From Gemmatimonadota bacterium (GTDB lineage Bacteria; Gemmatimonadota; Gemmatimonadetes; Gemmatimonadales; GWC2-71-9): a DNA stretch of 44,427 nucleotides. Of this stretch, positions 9,186-19,663 are shown one piece after another. Below the pieces are notes generated by a model, which was not told the origin of the DNA, did not search any database, and saw only the letters and a program-made list of their open reading frames with translations. Numbering within the stretch: the stretch's first letter is position 1; each line of letters opens with the position of its first letter. The stretch covers positions 1 through 44,427 of the forward strand of contig QHUR01000033.1 of assembly GCA_003221995.1 (NCBI GenBank), in the 5' to 3' direction. Position numbers and translations under genes: made by a program.

Positions 9186-9976
9186 AGGACCGCGCCGTGA
9201 CGATCGTCATCCACACGGATGGCGATCTGGACTCGCGACAGTATCGGGTACCGGTGTGGGCGTTCGAGGCGGGGAAGTGGGGGGCGCTGGTGGTCGCCCT
9301 CCTGGTGGTCCTGTTCTTCGCCTTCGCGGGGCCGATCAGTCGCGCGGCGGCGCGCGTGCCCGGTCTGGAGCGGCAGGTGACGCGACTGCGCGAGGAGAAC
9401 AGCCAAGTGCAGCAGCTCGCCGCGGCGCTGAATCGGGCCGAAGAGAACTACCAGTCCCTGCGCCAGCTGCTTGGCGTGCGGGCGCCACCCGAGCGGACGA
9501 GCGCGAAGCTCGGACTAGAGCTGCTACGGGCGGTGGCGGTCCGCGCGCGCACACCCGCCGCTTCGCTGCGCTACGAATCGGGCCCCTCCCAGCCGACACA
9601 CTGGCCGCTCGACGTGAGCGGCTTCGTCACCCGAGGCCAGGTGCGCGCGGGGGACGCGGCCGAGTCGCATCCGGGCGTGGACATCGCCGTGCCCGAGGGC
9701 ACCCCGGTGCGTGCGGCGGGAGGGGGGATGGTGGCGGCTGCCGGCATCGATCCCGCCTACGGGTTGTTCGTGCTCTTGCGCCATGCGCAGGGGTATGAGA
9801 CGATGTACGGTCACGCCTCGCGGCTGTTGGTGCGCGAGGGGGACTCTGTGCAGGCAGGGCAGGTGATCGCGCTGTCCGGGACCTCGGGGCGATCCACGGC
9901 TCCGCACCTGCACTTCGAAATCCGCCGTGACGGACGGTCGCTCGACCCTCTCACCGTCGTGAAACAGGAGAACTGA
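9182..9976 (+). CDS. Membrane-anchored M23 family metallo-endopeptidase
   Basis: One TM helix, coiled coil, HPGVD (HxxxD) and STAPHLHFE (HxH) zinc motifs. Confidence 0.92.
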   Translation: MKDRAVTIVIHTDGDLDSRQYRVPVWAFEAGKWGALVVALLVVLFFAFAGPISRAAARVPGLERQVTRLREENSQVQQLAAALNRAEENYQSLRQLLGVRAPPERTSAKLGLELLRAVAVRARTPAASLRYESGPSQPTHWPLDVSGFVTRGQVRAGDAAESHPGVDIAVPEGTPVRAAGGGMVAAAGIDPAYGLFVLLRHAQGYETMYGHASRLLVREGDSVQAGQVIALSGTSGRSTAPHLHFEIRRDGRSLDPLTVVKQEN

Positions 9977-9977
9977 C

Positions 9978-10376
9978 ATGGCGATCTTCACCGAGAAGGG
10001 GCACGGCGCGCCGGAGTCCGAAGCCGGGCTCTCGATCATCGGGGCCGGCATGCGTGTGGAGGGCGATATCGTCGCCGAAGGGGTCGTGAAGATCGAAGGA
10101 ACGGTCGTCGGCACGGTGCGCGCCGGCCGCCAGGTGCTCGTCGCGAAGGGCGGCGAAGTAGAGGGGGACGTCATCACGAAGGAAGCCATCATTGGCGGCG
10201 AAGTGCGCGGCAGCGTGCGCGCGGAGGAGCGGATCGAGATTCAGGCGGCGAGCGTCGTTCACGGAGACCTCGCCTCGCGGCGGCTGCAGGTGCAAGAGGG
10301 GGGCGAGATCAACGGCGTGGTGCGGATGGGGGAGGGTGCATTGGAGAAAGAGCCTGAACACACGGGCTCCCGCTGA
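9978..10376 (+). CDS. Bactofilin (polymer-forming cytoskeletal protein)
   Basis: SIIGAGMRVEGDI...IEGTVVGTV...EVEGDV...GGEING beta-helical bactofilin pattern; follows an M23 gene. Confidence 0.93.
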   Translation: MAIFTEKGHGAPESEAGLSIIGAGMRVEGDIVAEGVVKIEGTVVGTVRAGRQVLVAKGGEVEGDVITKEAIIGGEVRGSVRAEERIEIQAASVVHGDLASRRLQVQEGGEINGVVRMGEGALEKEPEHTGSR

Positions 10377-10389
10377 GCCCCATCGCCAC

Positions 10390-10424
10390 ATTTCCACACG
10401 GAGCCCCGACTTCCGTGTGGAAAT
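10390..10424. repeat. 13-bp perfect inverted repeat (terminator hairpin and/or paired DnaA-box-like sites)
   Basis: ATTTCCACACGGA (10390-10402) and TCCGTGTGGAAAT (10412-10424), followed by TTT. Confidence 0.7.
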
Positions 10425-10567
10425 TTTAGTCCGCTGTACAGCAGTGAGTTACGTAATCGGTCATGTGGGAATCTCCCCGAAATTGGCCGTCACTGTCTCT
10501 AAAATGGCGCGATAATGTCGCTATACTGTAAGCGCGCTTCACGAGGCGTGCGGCGCTGCGCTTTCCC

Positions 10568-11320
10568 ATGCGGCTAAGGGACCTGACGGCATACCTCGAT
10601 GACTACTTGCGAGTGCGAGACGTGCCCGACGCACCCGAGGCGCTTAACGGACTGCAGGTAGCGAACGCCGGTGAGATCACGCGCGTGGCCGCCGCAGTCG
10701 ATCTCTGCGAGGCGACGGTGCGGCTTGCCACTGAGGCGCGGGCTGACCTGTTGCTCGTGCACCATGGCCTCTTCTGGGGGGGGCCTCGTCCCCTGACTGG
10801 TCCTGCCTACCGGCGGGTCGCCGGCCTGCTGCAGTGCAACATCGCCGTCTACAGCGCGCATCTGCCGCTCGATCGGCACGCGGAGGTCGGGAACAACGCA
10901 GTGCTCGCTCGGCAGCTCGGGGTGAGCGTGCGGGGTGAGTTCGGCGAGGAGTACGGCGTCACGATCGGCGTCTGGGGGGAGCTCGAGGTGGAGCGGATGG
11001 ACCTGCGGGAGCGACTCAACCAGTTGCTCGGGTCGACGCCGCGCCTCATGGCTTTCGGCCCGGCGCGTACCCAGCGCCTCGGCATCGTGACGGGAGGGGC
11101 GGGGTCACTGATCGGGCAGGCTGCGGCGGCGGGACTGGACACCTATATCACGGGCGAGGGAGCCCACCACACCTACTTCGATGCCGAAGAGCTCGGCCTG
11201 AACGTCTTCTACGCGGGTCATTACGCCACTGAGACGGTGGGCGTCAAAGCGCTGGCCGAACACCTCCACGAGCGCTTCGGCTTGCCCTGGGTGTTTCTCG
11301 ACCATCCCACCGGCCTTTGA
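10568..11320 (+). CDS. Nif3-like dinuclear metal center hexameric protein
   Basis: NGLQV, LLVHHGLFW, YSAHLPLD, YITGE, GHYATE. Confidence 0.95.
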   Translation: MRLRDLTAYLDDYLRVRDVPDAPEALNGLQVANAGEITRVAAAVDLCEATVRLATEARADLLLVHHGLFWGGPRPLTGPAYRRVAGLLQCNIAVYSAHLPLDRHAEVGNNAVLARQLGVSVRGEFGEEYGVTIGVWGELEVERMDLRERLNQLLGSTPRLMAFGPARTQRLGIVTGGAGSLIGQAAAAGLDTYITGEGAHHTYFDAEELGLNVFYAGHYATETVGVKALAEHLHERFGLPWVFLDHPTGL

Positions 11321-12522
11321 GCCCGCGCCGCGTGCTCGCGGTGCTCGCAGCCGCGGAGCTGCTGGGGATGGCGCCGTGGTTCAGCGCATCGGCGGTCGCG
11401 CCGGTGTTGGCCGCGCGCTGGGGTCTGGGCGCGGCGGGGACGGCGTGGCTCACGATCTCCGTGCAGCTGGGCTTCGTCGCTGGTGCGCTCGTGTCGGCGG
11501 TGCTGACGCTGAGCGACCGCTGGTCCGCGCGGAGGTTGATCGCCGGTTGCGCCGTAGTCGCCGGGGTCGCGACCGTCGGTGTGGCGGTCGCGCCCACGGC
11601 GGGCGCGGCGATCGCGTTGCGGCTGCTGACGGGGGCGGCGCTCGCGGGCGTCTATCCCCCGGGCATGAAGCTCGCGGCGGGCTGGTTTCGAGAGGCACGC
11701 GGCTGGGCGATCGGAGTGCTCGTGGGCGCGCTCACCGTGGGGTCGGCGCTGCCGCATCTGCTGCGCTGGTCCGTGCCGGGGGAATTGTGGCGGTCCGTGC
11801 TCGGTAGCGCCGGGGTGAGCGCGCTGATCGGCGCGGGGCTCGTGCTGGTGGTGCCGCACGACGGACCGTATGCGGCGCCCGCGCCCCGGTTCACGTGGCG
11901 CGCCGTGCCCCGGATCCTCAGCGACCGTGCGCTCACGCTCGCGAACCTCGGCTACCTCGGACACATGTGGGAGCTATATGCGATGTGGACGTGGATGGCC
12001 GTGTTCATCGCAGCAAGCGAGCAGGCGCACGGGGGCGACGCGGCGGGCGGGGCGCTCCCGGCCCTGCTGACGTTCGCCGTCGTGGGGAGCGGAGCGGTCG
12101 GCTGCTGGCTGGGGGGGCTGTACGCGGATCGCTGGGGGCGGACTGTCGTGACGAGTGTCGCCATGATGATCTCGGGCGCCTGCGCGCTCTCCGCCGGCGT
12201 GGTATTCGGGCGCCCGCTCGGGGCGCTCGTTCCGCTGCTCCTCGTCTGGGGCGTTACGGTCGTGGCTGACTCGGCCCAGTTCTCCACGGCCGTGAGCGAG
12301 CTCGCGCCCCCCGACCACGTGGGCACGGCGCTCACGCTGCAGACCAGTCTCGGGTTTCTGCTCACGTGCGTGACGATCTATCTCCTGCCGGCGGTGGCCA
12401 GTCGCATTGGTTGGCGCTGGAGCATGAGCGTGCTGGCCCTGGGCCCGGCGTGCGGTGTGTGGGCGATGCTCGCGCTCAGGCGCCGACCGGAGGCGCTGCG
12501 GCTCGCCGGGGGGAGACGGTGA
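11317..12522 (+). CDS. MFS transporter
   Basis: About 12 hydrophobic helices, motif-A-like LSDRWSARR and ADRWGR; TTG overlaps the Nif3 stop. Confidence 0.9.
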   Translation: MSPRRVLAVLAAAELLGMAPWFSASAVAPVLAARWGLGAAGTAWLTISVQLGFVAGALVSAVLTLSDRWSARRLIAGCAVVAGVATVGVAVAPTAGAAIALRLLTGAALAGVYPPGMKLAAGWFREARGWAIGVLVGALTVGSALPHLLRWSVPGELWRSVLGSAGVSALIGAGLVLVVPHDGPYAAPAPRFTWRAVPRILSDRALTLANLGYLGHMWELYAMWTWMAVFIAASEQAHGGDAAGGALPALLTFAVVGSGAVGCWLGGLYADRWGRTVVTSVAMMISGACALSAGVVFGRPLGALVPLLLVWGVTVVADSAQFSTAVSELAPPDHVGTALTLQTSLGFLLTCVTIYLLPAVASRIGWRWSMSVLALGPACGVWAMLALRRRPEALRLAGGRR

Positions 12523-12547
12523 ACGAAGGGCCGGCTTGAGTGATCGG

Positions 12548-12838
12548 CTACTTCAGCGGGACCACGAAGCGCACCGTGACGCTCTCCGCCGTCTGCGGCG
12601 CGACGGTGCAGTAGCAATTCGCCCCGATCAACTTCTTCACGCCGAGCACTTCTGCTTCGGCGATGCCGGCCACGTCCCGGAAGGTGATCTCGAACACTTC
12701 GCCGTCGAGCACGCGATAGTTGACGGGCCGGCCGAGCAGGCGATGGTGTGGGTCGATCTTAGCGAGTCCGTCCGCCAGGCGGTGCCGGATATCGCTGAGC
12801 TGTTCGGCCGAGAGCAGGGGCGGGGACGCGTCGCTCAT
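12548..12838 (-). CDS. Hypothetical protein (96 aa), coupled downstream of queG
   Basis: MSDASPPLL...RFVVPLK has natural composition; ATG at 12838 overlaps the queG stop. Confidence 0.7.
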   Translation of the reverse strand: MSDASPPLLSAEQLSDIRHRLADGLAKIDPHHRLLGRPVNYRVLDGEVFEITFRDVAGIAEAEVLGVKKLIGANCYCTVAPQTAESVTVRFVVPLK

Positions 12839-13779
12839 CGGCGGTTGGCCGACGCGGCCGCGGCGTTGCGGCGCATCCCGTCCGGCCCGGCGCGCTCGAA
12901 CGCGGTGTCGCCAAAGCGGCGGTCGAACTCTTGCGGGTCGATCCGGAGCAGTGTGTCGAGCTCCGGTGCGGAGAGCTCCGGCCGCGGCGTGAGCTCCGGA
13001 TCCGTCGTGGGCGTCGCAAAGCGGACATTCCACGGGCACACGTCTTGGCAGACGTCACACCCGAACAGCCAGTCGCCGACCATCCCCTGTTCGGTGTCCG
13101 TGAATGCGCCGCGATGCTCGATCGTGAGGTACGAGATGCAGCGGCGCGCGTCCAGCACCCGGGGGTCCGGGAACGCGGCGGTGGGGCAGGCCTCGAGGCA
13201 GCGGGTGCACGTACCGCAGCGGTCCGCCTCGAACGGCGCGTCGGGGGCGAGCGCGGCGTCGGTGAGGATGACGCCGATGAAGGTGAAGGAGCCCAGCCTG
13301 GGGTGGATGAGCATCGTATTCTTGCCGATCCAGCCGAGACCCGCGCGCTGCGCCAGCTCGCGCTCGGGCACTGGCCCGGCGTCGACGTAGCAGCGCGTGC
13401 GGGAGTCCGGCGCGAGCTCGCGGACGGCGCTTGCGAGTCGCTCCAGCCGGCGGCCCACGACGCGGTGGTAATCGGCGGTCCGGGCGTACTGGGCGACCTT
13501 CCCATGATTCCGGGCCGCCGGCCCGGGGTCGGCCGACCCATGGAAGTAGCTGGTGAGGGTCACCACGGCTACCGTGGCCTCGGGCATGATGCGGTGGGGC
13601 AGCTTGCGCTGCTCCGCTTGGCGGTGCAGGTAGCTCATGGTGCCCGCGTAGCCTGCGGCGAGCCAGCGGTCCAATTCGTCCGCGTGCGTGTTGCGCTCGA
13701 GTGAGGCGACGCCGATGGCGTTGAACCCCAACGCTTCTCCTCGACGCTTTAGCGCGACGCTTTTCTGGACGAGGTTCAT
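12835..13779 (-). CDS. queG: tRNA epoxyqueuosine(34) reductase QueG
   Basis: YVDAGPVPERELAQRAGLGWIGKN, CGTCTRCLEACP, CISYLTIE, GCDVCQDVCPWN; ATG at 13779. Confidence 0.95.
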   Translation of the reverse strand: MNLVQKSVALKRRGEALGFNAIGVASLERNTHADELDRWLAAGYAGTMSYLHRQAEQRKLPHRIMPEATVAVVTLTSYFHGSADPGPAARNHGKVAQYARTADYHRVVGRRLERLASAVRELAPDSRTRCYVDAGPVPERELAQRAGLGWIGKNTMLIHPRLGSFTFIGVILTDAALAPDAPFEADRCGTCTRCLEACPTAAFPDPRVLDARRCISYLTIEHRGAFTDTEQGMVGDWLFGCDVCQDVCPWNVRFATPTTDPELTPRPELSAPELDTLLRIDPQEFDRRFGDTAFERAGPDGMRRNAAAASANRR

Positions 13780-14042
13780 ACGTGCATGACTTCGCGCCGC
13801 CAGCGCGCGAACCGCACCACGTCCTCGAGCGGCGGCACGGCCGCTTCGTCGCCGTAGGCGGTGAACATGCGCCAGCGGATGTACTCGCGGGGCGGGAGCG
13901 GGAGAAACGGCGGATGGCGGTACCAACCGCGGGCACGGAAGCTCCAGGCGAGTCGCAGCAGATCCACGGCGAGACGCGGGTTCGCGAGCGCTCGCAGCGC
14001 GAGACGCAGGGACAGCGACGGCCAACTGGTGGGGGTTCGCAT
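13776..14042 (-). CDS. Hypothetical protein (88 aa), coupled upstream of queG
   Basis: MRTPTSWPSL...WYRHPPFLPLPPREYIRWRMFTAYG...; stop overlaps the queG ATG. Confidence 0.7.
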   Translation of the reverse strand: MRTPTSWPSLSLRLALRALANPRLAVDLLRLAWSFRARGWYRHPPFLPLPPREYIRWRMFTAYGDEAAVPPLEDVVRFARWRREVMHV

Positions 14043-14118
14043 CGCCGTTTGCAATCTACATGCGCGGTGGAGCGGGCGAGTGTCGTCGCGCGCGGTGTCG
14101 AGGCCGCGGCTCCTCCTG

Positions 14119-14124
14119 TATATT
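14119..14124 (+). promoter_or_regulatory. Putative -10 box for a leaderless or short-leader transcript of the 14133-21403 gene run
   Basis: TATATT 8 nt before the ATG at 14133; no SD. Confidence 0.45.
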
Positions 14125-14132
14125 GACCGCCT

Positions 14133-15314
14133 ATGACGCTCGCAAGCGGCCTCACGGCGACCCGCCAGGCCGGCGCCCATCCGCTCGCCCGCTATCGGGG
14201 CGAGTTCCCGATCTTCCGGGACAAGATCTACCTCAATACCTGCTCCCTGGGCGCCCTGGGGGAGCGGACTCGCCGGCGCGTCGCCGAGTTCCTCGATCTC
14301 TGGCAGGAGCGCGGCGCGTCCGCCTGGTACGACGTGTGGTGGGCGGCGCTCGCGGAGCTGCGCCGGCGCTACGCGCGCGTGATCGGCGCGACCCCCGAGG
14401 AGATCGCGCTCGGCCCGAGCATCTCCGTCGCGCTCGCGTCCGTGGCGGAGGCACTCGACTATGGCAAGCGCCGTCGGGTCGTCGTCACCTCGCTCGACTT
14501 CCCCACGGTCGCCTACCAGTGGCTCGCGAAGCGGGCGCGGGGGATCGAGCTCGTCGTCGTCGAGAGCCCGGATGAGGTCACCGTGCCGGTGGAGATGATC
14601 GCCCGGGCGGTGGACGAGCGCACCGCGCTCGTGGCGACGTCCCACGTCTACTTCACGAGCGGAGCGATCCAGGACATCGCCGCCGTGGCCGAGGCTGCCC
14701 ACGCGAGCGGCGCGCTCTGCCTGATCGATGCCTACCAGTCCGTGGGGCAGGTACCCGTGGACGTGCACACGAGCGGGGTCGACTTCCTCACCGCGGGCGG
14801 CCTCAAGTGGCTGCTCGGCGGCCCGGGCGTGGTGTTCCTGTACGCGCGGGAGGAGCTGGCGCGCCGGCTCATGCCCGGCGTCGCCGGGTGGTTCGGGCAC
14901 CGGGACCAGTTCGCCTTCGACCCCCGGCGGCTCGAGTTTCACGACGACGCGCGGCGCTTCGAGCTCGGCACGCCGGCGCTCGCGGCGATCTACGCCCAGC
15001 TCGGCGGGCTCGACTACATCGACGAGATCGGGGTGCCGGCGATCCGGGGCGTCGCCGCGGCGCTGACCGAGGACCTGATCGCCCGCGCCCGGGAGCGGGG
15101 CTTCCAGCCCAAGGTCGCGGCGCATCCGCAGCAGCGCTCGGCGATCGTGATGCTCCCCGCCGCGGATCCCGCGGCCAGGGTGCGTCTGCTCGCCGAGGCG
15201 GGGATCGTCGCGGACGCCCGGCCCGGGCACGTGCGCCTCTCCCCATTCTTCTATAACGTGCAGGATGACCATGTCGCAGCGCTCGAGCGGCTCGCCACGC
15301 GCGCCGGTCACTGA
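14133..15314 (+). CDS. Aminotransferase class V-fold PLP enzyme (kynureninase-like)
   Basis: IYLNTCSLGAL, DFPT, IDAYQSVG, GGLKWLLGGPG (PLP Lys), RRFELGTP. Confidence 0.88.
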   Translation: MTLASGLTATRQAGAHPLARYRGEFPIFRDKIYLNTCSLGALGERTRRRVAEFLDLWQERGASAWYDVWWAALAELRRRYARVIGATPEEIALGPSISVALASVAEALDYGKRRRVVVTSLDFPTVAYQWLAKRARGIELVVVESPDEVTVPVEMIARAVDERTALVATSHVYFTSGAIQDIAAVAEAAHASGALCLIDAYQSVGQVPVDVHTSGVDFLTAGGLKWLLGGPGVVFLYAREELARRLMPGVAGWFGHRDQFAFDPRRLEFHDDARRFELGTPALAAIYAQLGGLDYIDEIGVPAIRGVAAALTEDLIARARERGFQPKVAAHPQQRSAIVMLPAADPAARVRLLAEAGIVADARPGHVRLSPFFYNVQDDHVAALERLATRAGH

Positions 15315-16010
15315 GGACGAACGCCTCCTCACGCCCACCCCCCATGCGGAGCGGCGGGGGTTCACGCGCACGGACCCGTGGCGGGTGCTGCGCATCCTGG
15401 GGGAGTTCGTGGAGGGGTTCGACACCCTCTCCGACGTCCACAACGCCGTCACCATCTTCGGCTCGGCGCGCACGCCGCCCGACGACCCGTTCTACGAGCG
15501 GGCGGTCGTGACGGCCCGGCTGCTCGCGCGCGAGGGGTTCCCCGTCATCACGGGGGGCGGTCCCGGTATCATGGAGGCGTCGAACCGCGGGTGCCAGGAG
15601 GGGAACGGGCTCTCGATCGGCTGCAACATCGAGCTGCCGTTCGAGCAGGGGATCAACCCCTACGTTGAGCGCGCGATCAACTTTCGCTATTTCTTCGTGC
15701 GCAAGACCATGTTCGTGAAGTACTCGACGGCGTTCATCGCCTTCCCGGGTGGGTTCGGGACGATGGACGAGCTGTTCGAAGCGCTGACGCTCATCCAGAC
15801 GGGAAAAGTGAAGCACTTTCCGGTCATCTTGTTCGGCAAAGCCTACTGGGCCGGCCTCGCGGAATGGCTGCGGGAGCGGGTGGCGGGGGAGGGGAAGATC
15901 GACACGGCGGACCTCGAGCTGTTTCACGTGACCGACGACCCCGAGGACGCGGTGCGCCGCTGCGTCAAGGCGCGCGCCCGTCGCACTGAATCCTTTGCGG
16001 TGGAGAGCCG

Positions 16011-16014
<4 letters not shown>
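15265..16014 (+). CDS. LOG family (TIGR00730-type) nucleotide phosphoribohydrolase
   Basis: [35 protein letters not shown]; start could be 15265 or 15271. Confidence 0.92.
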
Positions 16015-17130
<1,116 letters not shown>

Positions 17131-17150
<20 letters not shown>

Positions 17151-18636
17151 GCCCGGCTCCGAGCCCGCGCCCCCGAGGGCGTACGCCGTCTACGCCCTCG
17201 GGTTGCTCACGCTGATCAACCTCCTCAACTACACCGACCGCAACGTCGTCTTCGCGCTGTTTCAGCCGCTGAAGCGCGAGCTCGCGCTCACCGATCATGA
17301 GCTCGGCTGGCTGGGGTCGGCGTACGTGATCGTGTTGTCGCTCGCGGCGCTGCCGCTGGGCGTCGTGGGCGACCTCAGGTCGCGTCGTGCGGTCATCGCC
17401 TTCGGCGTGGGGCTGTGGAGCGCGTTCACGGCGCTCGGTGCCGCGGTGAAGGGCTTCTGGCAGCTCCTGGTGTGCCGGGCGATGGTGGGCGTGGGGGAGG
17501 CGGGCTACGGACCCGCGGCCCAGGCGCTGATCGCGGAATTCTTCCGCGGGCGGCGTCGCGCCTTCGCCATCGGGGTCTACTCGGTGGGTATGGCCTTCGG
17601 GGGCGTGCTCGGCATCTGGCTCGGCGGCGTGCTGGCCGAGCGCTACGGCTGGCGCGCCGCGTTCGTCGCGATGGGCGCCCCGGGGCTCGTGCTCGCGCTG
17701 CTCGCCTCGCGCCTGCGCGAGCCCCGGCGGCAGGCGCCGGCGTCCATTCGGGTCACGCTCGCACGCTGGTACGACCGCGGGGTCCGCAATGTGGTGTGGC
17801 CGGCGCTGCCGCTCGCGGGCCTCACGCTCGTCGGCGCCGCCGTGAGCGCTGTGATGGCGCTGTTCGAGCGCATTCCTTCGGGCGTGGACGCGGCGCTGTT
17901 CGGCGGCTTCGTGACGGTCGGCGTGGTGTGGACGGTCGTGCGGTTGGTGCCGATCGCCGTCCGGCGCACGACCGAGGCGAGCGCAGTGGCGGCGACCGCC
18001 TTCGACGACTTCCTCCAGGCCGCCGCAACGGTGCTGCGCACGCCGACCCTCGTCTGGATGTTCGTGGGCGGCGCCCTGGTGACCTTCGCGGTGAACGGGC
18101 TGATCGCGTGGGCCCCGAGCTTCATGGAGCGGGTGCACGGCTTCTCCGTCGGGCGCGTGGGCCGGGAGTTCGGGATCTGGGGGCTCGCCGGCGGCGCGCT
18201 CGGCGGGCTGTTCGGGGGGCGCGTGGGGGACTGGCTGGTGGGGCGCTGGCCCGGGGGGCGGGTGGTCGTGTCGGGAGCCGGGTTCGTGCTCGGCGGCCCC
18301 GTGTGCGCGGCGTTGCTGCTCGTCGACGAGCTGCGCTGGTTCGTGCCGCTCCTGTTCGCGACGTTCTTCCTCTACACCTGGTACAACGGCCCCCTCTCGG
18401 CCGTGATCCTGGACGTCGTGCCGCCCGAGGTGCGCGCCTCGGTGTTGGGCGCCTTCCTCCTGTTCTCCCATCTGGCGGGGGACGCGATCGCACCGCCGCT
18501 CGTCGGCTACCTGTCCGACCGCTTCGGGTTGCGCCCCGCGATGCTGCTGCTCCCGTCCGCGGGAGCGGTGGGAGGGCTGGTGATCTTGATCGCGCTGACG
18601 ACGGTGGGGCGGGATATGCAGCGGGTGAGGCAATGA
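17131..18636 (+). CDS. MFS transporter (spinster-like)
   Basis: [10 protein letters not shown] in TM1, GDLRSRR motif [21 protein letters not shown]; start is either CTG 17131 or TTG 17203. Confidence 0.88.
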
Positions 18637-18661
18637 ATGCGGAGCGCGGAGGGGGGGCGCG

Positions 18662-19663
18662 GTGAAGATCGCCGTCCTGTTCGACACCCTGCACCCCGAG
18701 TGGAGCGACGCGGACTACAAGAAGGCGATCGAAGCCAAGGTCGAGGAGGCGGAGTACGACGTGGCGCGTGCGCTCGTCGCCAAGGGGCACGACGTGTTGA
18801 TGGTGGGCGTGCACGAGGCGCTCCAGCCGCTGCTCGATCGGCTCGCCGCGTTCCAGCCGAAGCTCGTGTTCAACGGCTGCGAGGGGTTCCGCGGCCGCGC
18901 CCACCACGAGTACGGGCTCGCCGCGGTGCTGGAGATGCACGGCTACCGCTACACGGGCTCGTCGCCCACCGGACTGCTGGTCGCGCGCAACAAGTCGCTC
19001 ACGAAGAAGATCCTCGCGTATCACGGGATCCGCGTCCCCGCATTCGCGGAGTTCCATCCCGGCGAGAAGCCGCTCCGGCCCTCGGAGCTCCGCTTCCCGC
19101 TGATCGTGAAGCCGCTGCTCGAGGACGCGTCGATCGGCATCGCCCAGGCATCGGTGGTCGAGGACGACCAGAGCCTGGCCGAGCGGGTGAAGTTCATCCA
19201 CGAGAAGTTCAACCAGGCGGCGATCGTGGAGGAGCTCATCGAAGGACGGGAGCTGTACGTGGGGCTGCTCGGCAACGACAAGCTGCAGGTGTTGCCGATC
19301 GTCGAGATGACGTTCGGCGAGGCGGAGGCGGCGGAGCAGCGCATCGCCACCTACAAGGCGAAATGGGACGAGGAGTACCGTAAGCGGAAGCGCATCAAGA
19401 ACGTGTTCGCGAAGGGCCTGGCCGACGACGTGACGGCCAAGATCGGGGACCTCTGCGCCACGGCCTTTCACGCGCTGTGGCTGCAGGACTACGGACGGGT
19501 TGACCTGCGGTTGACCCACGACGACGAGGTGTACGTGCTCGAGGTGAACCCGAATCCGTTCCTCGCGTTCGAGCACGAGATGGCGAACGCCGCCGAGAAG
19601 GCGGGCCTGTCGTACGACGATTTCATCCAGCGCATCGTGGACGAGGCGATGAAGCGTGGCTAG
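18662..19663 (+). CDS. D-alanine--D-alanine ligase-like ATP-grasp protein (non-canonical)
   Basis: YTGS, NKSLTKKIL, FPLIVKP, EDASIGI, EELIEGRE, YGRVDLR, VLEVNPNP; lacks the canonical Ddl GGxSxE and HGxxGEDG motifs. Confidence 0.88.
   Translation: MKIAVLFDTLHPEWSDADYKKAIEAKVEEAEYDVARALVAKGHDVLMVGVHEALQPLLDRLAAFQPKLVFNGCEGFRGRAHHEYGLAAVLEMHGYRYTGSSPTGLLVARNKSLTKKILAYHGIRVPAFAEFHPGEKPLRPSELRFPLIVKPLLEDASIGIAQASVVEDDQSLAERVKFIHEKFNQAAIVEELIEGRELYVGLLGNDKLQVLPIVEMTFGEAEAAEQRIATYKAKWDEEYRKRKRIKNVFAKGLADDVTAKIGDLCATAFHALWLQDYGRVDLRLTHDDEVYVLEVNPNPFLAFEHEMANAAEKAGLSYDDFIQRIVDEAMKRG

Noticed and set aside
18662-19663. Housekeeping ddl or a van-type resistance ligase
   Set aside because: The D-Ala-binding motifs are missing, and there is no dcw or vanH/vanX/vanRS context.
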